This document shows positions 23,741 through 34,490 of a stretch of 36,820 nt of DNA, one piece after another. How positions within the stretch are numbered: the first letter of the stretch is position 1; every line of letters starts with the position of its first letter. The stretch is taken from positions 89,398,798-89,435,617 of the forward strand of contig NC_068981.1 in NCBI RefSeq assembly GCF_001194135.2, in the 5' to 3' direction. A model generated the notes under the pieces. That model searched no databases and was not told the DNA's origin. It saw only the letters and a list, made by a program, of their open reading frames with translations. The translations under genes and the position numbers were made by a program. Source of the stretch: Octopus bimaculoides. Lineage: Eukaryota.

Positions 23741-24250
23741 GTCATGTTTCTCGTATGTGTGTGTGTGTGTGTGTGTTCGTGCGTGCGTGCGTGTGTATGC
23801 TCATGGGCGCGAACTTTTACGTCGTCCTGATCTAGTGAGAATGTCAAAGATAACATAACGAAGATAATGTTATATTGTTACAACGCATATATGTTTGTGG
23901 TATGCAGCAAAAATTAAATGATAGCTATGGTAATAAATTCAACGTCACCGAATTTACATCGAGTAATAGACAGCACTAGATTACTTTTTCCCAATACTCT
24001 AGTCTTCTTTTCTTAAATGAAAATTTCTACCATCCGAATGCACATGCACTTCTATATCCTTTTTCCTCGATAGTCATCTGGGTCAACCTTCCGCTTGTCA
24101 AACGTGTTTCTATCTACTCGTGGCTATATACTGATCTAAAATAAGTAGCTTTCACTGTGTTTGTAAGCACGTATGAAGCAACTTCTCCATACATGCTTCC
24201 AGGCGACAGATAACCTCATTCACACATACACACACACACATTTATATATA

Positions 24251-24603
24251 NNNNNNNNNNNNNNNNNNNNNNNNNNNNNNNNNNNNNNNNNNNNNNNNNN
24301 NNNNNNNNNNNNNNNNNNNNNNNNNNNNNNNNNNNNNNNNNNNNNNNNNNNNNNNNNNNNNNNNNNNNNNNNNNNNNNNNNNNNNNNNNNNNNNNNNNNN
24401 NNNNNNNNNNNNNNNNNNNNNNNNNNNNNNNNNNNNNNNNNNNNNNNNNNNNNNNNNNNNNNNNNNNNNNNNNNNNNNNNNNNNNNNNNNNNNNNNNNNN
24501 NNNNNNNNNNNNNNNNNNNNNNNNNNNNNNNNNNNNNNNNNNNNNNNNNNNNNNNNNNNNNNNNNNNNNNNNNNNNNNNNNNNNNNNNNNNNNNNNNNNN
24601 NNN
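24251..24603. other. Assembly gap (N run)
   Basis: N run. Confidence 1.
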
Positions 24604-24689
24604 TATATATACATATATATATATATACAGGATCTGTTCAATTTAGCATACAGATTTTTAATTAATTTTTTTAACTAAAGAGTTTGAAA

Positions 24690-24850
24690 CTTCTTATACT
24701 GGTGGAATTTCTCACGCAGAACCCGGTTTACTTTGAAATTTTTGACAAAATTTTATATTTTAGAAGTTATTTCGAGTTAAAATTGTCGTATTTGGGTAAT
24801 TTCAACAAATCAATGACGTGTATTCAGTTGAAGAAAGCTACTACTTTTTG
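24690..24850 (+). repeat. Dispersed repeat, copy 1 (copy 2 at about 33020-33190)
   Basis: The 69-nt core at 24764-24832 matches 33106-33174 at 62/69 by manual alignment. Confidence 0.8.
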
Positions 24851-25244
24851 CGATAGTAATCGAAGGGGAACAATTTCGGGTATCTCTACTAAATGTCATC
24901 ACTCTATTCTGCTTGTGTTGCATATTACACGCTTTTTTTTTTCGCGGGGGTGGGGATCTCGCATCGAAGTAACCAGTAAACATCGAAGTATCAACACCAA
25001 GAAGGAAAAAATGCCATTTACATATTTATTCGTTTGCCCGACATTGATATTTTATTAGATTAAAAATAACATTATTAGATTAAAAATAACATTCACAAAG
25101 CAAATATGCTTTGTTTCCTTCCAGACACCAATGTACTGTAGCCGTAGTCTTTCACGTTGTTCACCAACCGACTTTTCCTATAAAAAAATCAGTGCAATCA
25201 GTCGATCTCTATGCACAAATTATTTTCCTTCTGAAACTTATTAA

Positions 25245-25337
25245 AGAAATGTACAAATATTAAGCGTACCTTTCTATAAGCCGCACACCAAATTTTACAG
25301 GTATAGAATAACGGCTTATACACCGGAAAATACGGTA
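25245..25337. mobile_element. Terminal fragment of a Tc1/mariner/pogo-superfamily element or MITE
   Basis: It ends CGGCTTATACACCGGAAAATACGG|TA, the reverse complement of the TA|CCGTATTTTCC..GTATAAG TIR type. The other end was not found. Confidence 0.5.
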
Positions 25338-25494
25338 ATTGTAGTGACAGTGACAGGTTCGCACGCTGGTTGCGAGTTGATAATGTAGAAGTGGCTGTCT
25401 GCCACTAGGGAGGAAAAGAGTAAGGAATACACGGTGCTGACTGGAAGTGAAGCAAGGATAAAGGTAGCATCGTCTTCACTTGACATACGAATAG

Positions 25495-25612
25495 AACAGA
25501 GTGGTGATATTTACATTGATAAACTACATTCTTCACTCTCACATTTGGGCCTTCAAACTTCAATCTTTTGGGGTTAACCTCTGTTACTGTAATCATAGTA
25601 TTATTATTATGA
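25495..25612 (-). mobile_element. PLE GIY-YIG start (distal part of the PLE interrupted by the Dong-like LINE)
   Basis: HNNNTMIT...KFEGPNVRVKNVVYQCK corresponds, allowing small indels, to the C..EG.C..KNVVYQC motif that follows the Asn linker in the PLEs at 8700 and 22400. Confidence 0.65.

Positions 25613-25687
<75 letters not shown>
25613..25687. repeat. (ATT)n microsatellite at the 3' flank of the Dong-like LINE
   Basis: Read directly from the sequence. Confidence 0.98.
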
Positions 25688-26347
25688 TTATGTTTGACTT
25701 TTGTTTTGCATTTGTACAAGTTGGATCCAAGTCTCACCCAGACACCTCAAGAGACAAGTTAGAAGTACGTGTAGGTGTTATGCCTAGGGTACCATATATT
25801 TGGATTTGTACAGTTTTGTTCTAGTGAATGTTTAAGAAACCATAAGAAAATTATGTGTTTGTTTTAAAATTTGAGATCACATAGACAGTATTTTACGTAG
25901 GATATGGGCAGTTCTCCTGAGTACTATCTTTTGAACTTCAGCCATTTGGGGGTTTCCTGGTATCTGAGCTAGGTAGTAATCAGCCCGTTTCGATGTCATT
26001 CCCAGGGTACCTATGACAATAGGTATTGTTTTCGTCTTCAGATTCCACATTTTGCTAATTTCTATTTCAAGATCTTTATATTTGCTCAGATACGTTTATA
26101 TCGATTGGGACAGTCATATCAATGAGGAGGCATGATTTTTGTCTGAAGTCTTTCAGTATGATATCTGGCCTATTTGCGTCTATCTTTCTGTCAGTTTGAA
26201 TGGTGAAGTTCCAGAGGAGTGCAATGTGATCATTTTCAAGTACTGGGGGTGGTTTGTGTTCCCACCAGTTTTTGTCATGCGGCAAGTCCAGGTTTTTGCA
26301 TATTACCCAGTGAATATATTGTGCAGCACTATCATGCCTGTTGAGAT

Positions 26348-26351
<4 letters not shown>
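25688..26351 (-). mobile_element. R4/Dong-like LINE, 5'-truncated: REL endonuclease plus 3' UTR
   Basis: EYLNRHDSAAQYIHWVIC...WWEHKPPPVLEN...LWNFTIQTDRKIDANRPDIILKD...LLIDMTVP, then frameshifted YKDLEIEISKMWNLKTKTIPIVIGTLG...VQKIVLRRTAHILRKILSM* (stop at 25877-25879). A 3' UTR of about 190 nt runs into (AAT)n. Confidence 0.9.

Positions 26352-26410
<59 letters not shown>
26352..26410. repeat. (ATT)n microsatellite at the 5' flank of the Dong-like LINE
   Basis: Read directly from the sequence. Confidence 0.98.
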
Positions 26411-27200
26411 CAGGGTTCTCATCACTATCCTCCCCATTTAAGTATTTTAAATTTATGAGCTGCAATTAATTGGGCTAAATTCATAGTGTTTGAGAAACCA
26501 ACCCTAATGCTATGCTTATTAATAATTTTACCATAGTGTGAATTCTTTGGGAAATATCTACTTATCACCTCTCTAAACTGTGCAATCAAATTAGATTTAA
26601 CATTTCTACCAAAAGGGACTATGAACCATATATTATCATATTTAGTGTTATCACAGTCATTAGTATAATTCTTAAAAAATTTTTAATTACCTATGTTACG
26701 TTTATGAATATCTCTGGGTTTATTTTCCTAATTACCTCTTAGCTTATTCATATACCTATTATTCTTATCTGTCTTAATGTCGTTACGATCAGGTTCAACA
26801 TAGTAAACCTTCTCTTTGTATCCTGCCCTATTTAAAGTCGAATTATAGAATTGAGCTTCACTATCAAAATTCTTATCATTTGCAGATAATCTAGAAAGTC
26901 TTAATGAAATATTTCTTACTAAATTATCGATAATTTTTCTAGGATGATTACTCCACTTACTTATATATTTTAGGTTAGTGGAAGGTTTATGATATAGACT
27001 ATATGTCTCATTTTTAATATCTAATGTCACATCCAAGAAATTTGCTAAAGAAATATCGTCTTCATAAATGATATTCATCCCCATTCTAGGAAAAAATCTA
27101 GCCAATCTACCTTTAATTCTCTGTAATTGTTGTTGGAGCTATTCCTAATATATAGAGGGCAATCATCCCTATATAGACCCCCTCCCTAATCATAAGAAAT
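26411..27200 (-). mobile_element. Penelope-like element, RT C-terminus/thumb (decayed)
   Basis: ANFLDVTLDIKNETYSLYHKPSTNLKYISKWSNHPRKII...LRLSRLSANDKNF, then IWFIVPFGRNVKSNLIAQF...YFPKNSHYGKIINKHSIRVGFSNTMNLAQLIAAHKFKIL. Confidence 0.88.
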
Positions 27201-27225
27201 TGATCATCCAATTATATACATATAT

Positions 27226-27391
27226 NNNNNNNNNNNNNNNNNNNNNNNNNNNNNNNNNNNNNNNNNNNNNNNNNNNNNNNNNNNNNNNNNNNNNNNNNNN
27301 NNNNNNNNNNNNNNNNNNNNNNNNNNNNNNNNNNNNNNNNNNNNNNNNNNNNNNNNNNNNNNNNNNNNNNNNNNNNNNNNNNNNNNNNNNN
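27226..27391. other. Assembly gap (N run)
   Basis: N run. Confidence 1.
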
Positions 27392-28123
27392 TGTGGAAAT
27401 AAGTAAGGAGGCATCACTTGTCCTTCATTGCTGACTAACCTAAAACCATGACAGTTGCAGGAAATTCTGTATGCATAACACTTGGAACTCCAGAAGTGCC
27501 AGCACATAACTATCTGTCATTTCTTCTGTTAACTTTTTGATCCTGGTCGAAGCTTTTCTCGTTTAAGGAAAACCAAATCAAATCTGCTGGATTTTTCAGT
27601 TTGTTTAAGAACCTTTTACATCAGATGTAGTGTTTTTGTTTTGCTTTTTCTGACAAACCGGCATTTCCTCACCATATAAAATATATAGCTGATCTCTTTG
27701 TGGACAACATTTCTGACTGTTCCTTCTGACACATGGAGATCTTTTGCAATTGACCTCATGAACTTTCTAGGATAGTAATCAATGGTCTGTTTAACTTCGT
27801 GGATAAATTCAGGTGTTCTGATAATTTCAGAGCGTTTAGAATGCTTTTTATGCTTTGATTCTGGTGATGCGTTTCCCTCTTCAGTCTCTAGCTCTTTACA
27901 AACTTTGTAGACGAAAGATCTGGCAACTTTTAAAAATTGATATTTTTCTAAATCGCTATGCTCAGCTTTTATAACCACAATAACAGCATGCTCCTTCATT
28001 TCTTGAGTAAGCTGAGAGTCTGCCATTGTTATTTTCTGAAACAAAGATTATACAGAGTTAGCAAAAAAAAATATGCAGCAATGACCCCAAAAGGGTGTAT
28101 CCTCAAATACCTTACGCACCCTG
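27392..28123 (-). mobile_element. IS630-Tc1-mariner DNA transposon, DD37D/maT-like, 5' half (cut by the gap)
   Basis: HTH region IRTPEFIHEVKQTID...MRSIAKDLHVSEGTVRNVV, then KRFLNKLKNP...WFSLNEKSFDQDQKVNRRNDR*...VMVLGLVSNEGQVMPP. The terminus TA|CAGGGTG lies at 28123-28125. Confidence 0.85.
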
Positions 28124-28215
28124 TAAGTTCTTGTATTGAAGCATATTTTGCCGTGTATGGGGAGAGTCATTCTCTTTTAGTGTTTTATTATTTAACATAC
28201 CGGTAAAGTTTCCAT

Positions 28216-28850
28216 TCGTTTACTTTTCTAAAATTGTTGTTGCATCTTGCAGCCTATTCAACAGTTGTTGACCCTGTCCATTTTCCGAGCTGCGTTCTTT
28301 TTGTTCATTTGTACGCATGTGTGTGAACCAGTGCGTGTGCGCATGCACATGTATGTATGTATGTATGCATGTAAGTGTGTATATGCATGTGTGTGTGCGT
28401 ATGTATATATTTGTGTACGTTTGTATGTATGTATTCTGCATATCCATGTGTTCGTGTGTTCGTGCTGGTGTGTTTTTATATATGTGTGTGCGTGTGTGTT
28501 TGCTTGTGGGTATGTGTGTGTAGCTTTGTCTCCCTGTGTGTGCATGTTTGAGTGTGTCTATGTATGGGATTTTGGGACTATGCACTGTGTGCGTATGTAT
28601 GGATGTGAGTCTCCATATGTGTCTGGTGTGCAGTGAAGTATGTGTGTATATGATCATGTGGTTCAGTCTTCATGTGTATGTGCGCTTGTCTGTTCATATT
28701 ACTTACGTACATATCTGTCTGTATGTCTATCTGTTTACATTCATATCCATTTGCCTACATACATATGCATATACATATACATATACTCACTCACACACAC
28801 ACACACACACACATACACACGCACACACACAAACATTCACATAACAGTGC
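28216..28850. repeat. Long degenerate (TG)/(TATG)/(CA) low-complexity region
   Basis: Read directly from the sequence. It accounts for the overlapping His/Thr- and Cys/Val-rich ORFs. Confidence 0.85.
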
Positions 28851-28908
28851 ACTAACTATTCTACCTGTATATAAATATAAACTGTGGTTATGGGGGTATG
28901 GTTACCTA

Positions 28909-31900
28909 CTACTTATATTTCCTATTTAGTACTGGGGAATGTTTCATTTATGATGATGTACTCCTTTATTTGTCGGAGGGTTGGGTCCTTTGAGTGCTTG
29001 GATAAAATGATGATGTCAAGTTGACCCAGGCTGCCTCCATATCAGTCCTTGGCATGTTGGAAGAGTATGGAGGACTGTTTTTTGTCGGTATATTGTCTCA
29101 AATGTCCATTTAGTCTTTCCGAAAGCTCCTAGATGTCTCTGCTATATATGTCATGTTCATATCTTTACAAGCACTTTCTATGCATCTTGCTGTAGACTAC
29201 ATTTCTAGTTCTAGATCATTGGCGCATACGGTATTATCAAAGGCATATGTCTTACATAGATGTGATCTGATGTAGTTCCCTGGCCTTTCAACAATCTTAA
29301 TGTTGAGTTAGTTCTCCTTCAGAGCTTTTCTAAATCTACGGACTAGTTCTCCATGGACTTTAGCCTCTACAAACACCACTCCTTGGTATTTGCCAGTTTT
29401 ATACCACGTGTTCTCCCTGTTTACTTTGTCACAAGCTCTTTGTATTCTGTTCCAGTCTTTGCTTCTATTTATAGGGCAGGTATCACTGGTTTCTTTACAT
29501 ATAATGTTATCTAACTTCTTTCTAGCACCCCTGTATACTCGAACCCTATCCTTCTGATCATATCCAGAGAATTACATGCGGTGGACGAAGTTCTGTACAT
29601 GTTTCGCTTCATAGGTTTTGCATAGTGGGGACACGTTGATCATTATCCTAACTAAGTTTGCTATCGGTATGTTAATTTCCATGTTGTGTGACAAAGCTGA
29701 GTTCTTATGAACAACATATTTCGAAGTTATTGGTTTCATTTAAAAGGAATGGAGGAGCTGCACTTTGTTGTTCACAGTTTCTAACCAAAGTTCAGTATCA
29801 AGGATGGGGAGTCTATTGTTGGGGTGCCTAGTGGGGTAATCTATAGTTGCCTTATTACTTTGAAGGATGGAGTTAGCTTCTAGATAGATGCTCTCCGTTA
29901 TGTTCCTCTCAGTTTCGACATTACCGTTACTAGAGTTGGTCTTAACTACGATGTTAATGTCGTCTACATACATACTGTAAAGTAAAAGAGTCGTGAACTG
30001 TTCCGCTAAGGATTGCTTAAGTTTTCTGTCCCCCCAGGTCATGAAGAGGTCGGCCATATCTCTAGCTATACCGACACCAATGGTTGCACCTTGAACCCGA
30101 ATGCATAGTTTCTTGTTAAACCTTACTAGGTGGTTCTTCAAAGTGAGTCTTACGCTAGCCCTTGTTGCATGTACAATCATTCCTTTCACCTGATTGTTAG
30201 GGTCTTGGGTGAGTGCAGTCCAGCCACGCCAGCACTCTGCAGTGCTTTTCTTCACTGCTAAAGTAATGGCGGGTGGTCTTCCCCTCTGTGGCCTGGTGGG
30301 GCAGAATCTACTGAGGTCATGGTCGTCTAAATAGACACTGTCGTAGCTTAGTCTTACGAGGAGACCTAGTTCTCGCATGTTGACTTCACGGAACTCTACT
30401 TCACTCTCACAGATTATTTCAATGCATTTCTCAACAACAAAAATTATGTTAAAAGATGGGTAGAGTGAAATTACATCCCTACTACCCACTACACAACCTG
30501 TGAGATCGTTGGAGTGATTGAAAGTACTGATTTTACTGAGGAGATTCTCCGTGCTCACACAAACAGCTGGAGACATCTCTATGAGAGGTCGTAACACTTG
30601 TAAAAGGAAGTAGGACAGTCTATAATTACTAGAGATATTCGCTCCGCAAACTGGTTGGGTCGGAGGCCCCATAACTGGGTTTACGTAGGGTTATGGTTTT
30701 ATAGCGTAGGAACATCGTTGTTGGATGCTTGGAAATTGCGTGCAGTCATTTGTTAAGTTGGAGTATGTTGCACCGCATTTCCATGTGTACATTGAAGAGT
30801 TTTCCACTCTTTCAGGTCCCTGTGGTGCAACTACTCTCATGCTACTGATGTGTTATTGCATGGTCTGGACATAATTCCGTGGACTGTCTATTGACAGTCT
30901 GCCAGACTTGTCCGTAGGGAGTCATACTAATTCCCTGTTCCTAATTCACTGTTTCGGTTTTTGTAGACCTTTGGCACCAGATGAACTGAGTTGGTGGGTC
31001 CCCTCCTCACTATGGTTTTTAGTGGTTTTGTTGTACCGGTCTAAGATGTGTCGGAGTCTATTTCTAGCTAAGGAGATCTTTGCTTCTGTTTCATTGTCAA
31101 TCTGGGGTAGGATACATACCCTTTTGTTGAAGGGTAAGTCTGTGGGATAGATCCTCGTCATGTAATAAGATTTGTTGTTAGGGTTATACAAGAGAGTGTA
31201 GGGTGTTATTATCGTTGTGGTTGTTGTTGTAGTTTCTGGTGGTGGTGGTGGTGGTGGTGGTGGTTTTAGTGCTTGTGTTGTGCCCATTGTTGTTGTTGTT
31301 GTTGTTGTTATTATTGCGGGTGGTGTTGGTGTTGATGTGGGTGGTGCTGTTGGTAGTGGTGTGGATCACGTGGTTGGTATTGTCTGTGTGTGAGATGCTG
31401 TCAATGTTGTTGTTGTTGTTATCGCCGTTATTGCTGTTATTATAATAGTTGTTTCGGTTTCGTATACTTGTGTTGTTGTTGTTGTTGTTCGGATAGGAAA
31501 TGTCGTGGTTATCATTGTTGTTATTGTTGTTGTTATGGTTTCGTATGTTTGTGTTGTTGTTGTTGTTGTTGTATTCTCCTAACCTCCATCTTAATTTTAG
31601 GAACGTTTTTTCAATTTCAGAAAGACAAACAATTTTTCTCACCTTTTAATATGTGGCGAATTTTGGTGGTAACTTTAAAGCATGCATTTCATCTGTATCG
31701 AGCTGTACTGCACCGTATATTCCAGAAATGTAATTGTTGTTGTTGTTATTGGCGGTGGATGTATTGTTTACGGTGTCCTGGTCCCGAGTCCTCTAGTAGT
31801 TTACATTCCGATATGACAATCTCATCGATATTGTTTCAGTGTCTGTATTGATCCTTACCATGCTGGGATCGTTGTTGTTGCTGTTTCATCCACTTGAGCT

Positions 31901-32230
31901 TATTGTTGAAGTGTTTGTTACAAGCATAGTTTACTCAGCGGTATTCTTGTTGGATGTTTGTCATGAATCTGTCTCTTCCGTGTGGTGTAGTTGTGTGTTT
32001 TTTAAATTTTTTTTGTTCAAGTAGCAGGACTCTGTTTCGTTTCTGGTACTGTTTGATTTCTGTGTGTATTTTTTTTCTTTTTTGATGTTTTGTAATATCG
32101 TGTGTTTTAGTTTTCTTGCTTGATTTTCTGTGAATCCTAGACGTTTCACAGCCGAAATGACAGATTTTGTGTATAGCTAGGAGGGGATGCATGTTTAATG
32201 AAGTGTAGCTGTAGGCTAACCATTTTGATT
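28909..32230 (-). mobile_element. Near-full-length Penelope-like element, Neptune-like (RT plus GIY-YIG), decayed
   Basis: N-terminus HALKLPPKFA...EIEKTFLKLRW, an Asn/Thr expansion, then TDLPFNKRV. RT motifs VGSRDVISLYPS, QGATIGVGIA and MYVDDINIV. Thumb GELVRRF...IKIVERPG. Endonuclease RNVVYS..C...YIAETSRS...LFQHAKD...DPTLRQIKEYIII...VLNRKYK*. The clade assignment is from motif recall. Confidence 0.88.
31200..31580 (-). repeat. (AAC)/(AAT)/(ACC) trinucleotide-rich block inside the PLE ORF
   Basis: Read directly from the sequence; it encodes poly-Asn/Thr in the PLE frame. Confidence 0.92.
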
Positions 32231-33019
32231 TTTAGACAGCGGAACACGGTATTACTCAGCGTCTTGCTAGCTTGGCCAAAGCTTAGTTTTAAAAAAAGGG
32301 CTGATGAGTAGCACCTCATGAAATAAATTTACATTTAAAATGCATTTAACATTTCTTTGTTTTATTCAGTGGCCCCTCTGCGATGTATCTGCTTCAATTT
32401 CCACACACATTTTTAGGACAGTGTCACTTTAATTATATGTGATAGTTTTTATAAGTAGTAAATTTCATAAGGTGTAATATGTAGAAAGCTTTTAATTTTC
32501 ATGTCATCTATCTGCGCATATGTTTTTGGTCTTCTCTAATTATGAAAAAATACGTTTCTCTTCTCTTTTCTTTTGGTGTTAAAGTTCCGAGTGAGTGTTA
32601 TGTTTTAGAGCCAAAATATCAGTGAAGTGATTTCATAGGATGTTTCGATTTGAGATCTGAAGCTTATGTCACAAATTTTCTTGAAAAATCACATCTCACT
32701 AATTTCATTGCAAAAGGTATGAATATCACGTAATAGGAATCTCTTATTATCTTATAGCACATTCATATAACATTGCTAAAGTGAAACTCGTATATTTCTC
32801 TTCTCTTTTATACGAATTCAATATATAATTTCTGATTATTCTCTCGATAATAAAACTGAATATTGATTCTTCACATTGGCTGTTGTGACGAAACTACACT
32901 CAATTGGTGCTACTTCAATGCTACTTTTTACTTTTGCTCATTTTATGCAACTTCAGAAGAATGAACGGGGATCTTTTCCCTTTGAACGGCGCATCGAGAA
33001 ATTAATTTTTTGTGACTAA

Positions 33020-33190
33020 ACACTTTCAAACTTCGGACACTGGTAGAATGTGTCATATAAAACATCTTTTACTCTGAGTGATGTTGAGAAAAGTTCGTAT
33101 TTTCAAAGTTATTTCGTGTTAAAGTTGTCTTATTTCGGTAATATCAACCAATCAATGACGTGTATTCAGCTGAATAAAATTACTGCTGTT
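33020..33190 (+). repeat. Dispersed repeat, copy 2 (see 24690-24850)
   Basis: Core AAGTTATTTCGTGTTAAAGTTGTCTTATTTCGGTAATATCAACCAATCAATGACGTGTATTCAGCTGAA. Confidence 0.8.
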
Positions 33191-33618
33191 GTTTGTCAAC
33201 AACAACTTCCGGCGGATCCATGAACGGTAAATGAAACACCTGAAAAATTTAAATTCAGTAGGTACAATATTTTATCCTACACTTTACTACTTCTACTCCA
33301 CACAGTACTTCGAAAATTGAAGAATAAAAATACTGAGACAACAGTATATCGTCTAAATGTTTCACTAAATATACTGATCGTAAAATTTGACATTATCTTC
33401 TTTAGTCTGCGTATTTACGCATTTCTGTGTTCTACTTTAATTACAAATATGGCTTGTGAGGATTTGATGTCTTTTTACACTTAATTTTTTGTTATTTTTG
33501 TCTAGCTTTCAAGAAGGAGTATAATAGTAGTAGTAAGTGTAGAAGACGTTCATTTCTTATTATCTAAGCAAGTTGACTCAAAAACAATCGAAAATACAAA
33601 AAAAAAAAAAAAATGCTA

Positions 33619-33628
33619 NNNNNNNNNN
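33619..33628. other. Assembly gap (10 N)
   Basis: N run. Confidence 1.
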
Positions 33629-34379
33629 AAACCTGACAGTGAATGTATCAATATATCAGCAAAAAAAAAAAAATGATTGATTGCAAGAAAACAAAAGGTG
33701 TTTTACTTCGGAGAAAGAAAAACAAAGAATTATTTCCAACTTCAGAATAATACTTTGATGAAATTCTAAAATTTCCTTTCAGCTAATCTAAATTTTATTT
33801 TCATTTTCTTTCTTTCTTTCGTTCTTTTTGTTATGTATGCATTTTATATTCTTTTTTATTTTTCGTTTAACTATTGTAATTGCATTGGCTTGCATGCAAA
33901 GTATATTATTGATATTTCTAAAAGAAATATGTATTTTTTTACGAGACACGTTTTACTATACTCGCAGGGAACAGAAAATGTAATATTACAGCATTCATAA
34001 TTTTGCTAGCCTATTATTAGCATGGAGAATACGTTATTACTTTTAGCTGGATCATAATCTAGACTCACCAGGAACTTCCTACTTTTCGTGCTCACAAAAA
34101 TTTCTCCTTAATATTGATTTCTTGTACATTCTCTAAACAGTTAATTTTTTTTTAAAGTATATTATATTTGGTTGAATCAGTTCCAATGAATTCTTGTTTG
34201 GAGTATGAAAATCAAAATTCGATCCTCATAAGATTTGAACTAAAAATGTAATTGGAAGTATCTACGTACTATAATAAATTAAACCCAACGTTCTTTCTTT
34301 CACACCGTTTCCTCCAGGACGTACTCATACAATTAATTCTAGTTTAGGATTAAACCCAACATTCCTTTTCGCTGAGACG

Positions 34380-34490
34380 GGATTAGTCAACAATATCGGC
34401 CGCAGTATTTATCTGGTAATTTATTTCATTGCTTCTGAAAGGATTAAAGAAAAAGTCGATCTCGTTGAGATTTCAAACCGGAGTATAATG
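34380..34490 (-). mobile_element. Highly decayed SINE core fragment
   Basis: CTGGTAATTTATTTCATTGCTTCTGAAAGGATTAAAGAAAAAGTCGATCTCG resembles CTGGTACTTATTTAATCGACCCCGAAAGGATGAAAGGCAAAGTGGACCTCG at 632-680. Confidence 0.55.

Noticed and set aside
32620-32700. Imperfect inverted repeat (GTGAAGTGATTTC ... GAAAAATCACATCTCAC), possible MITE
   Set aside because: The arms are short and gapped, with no TSD and no second copy in the window.
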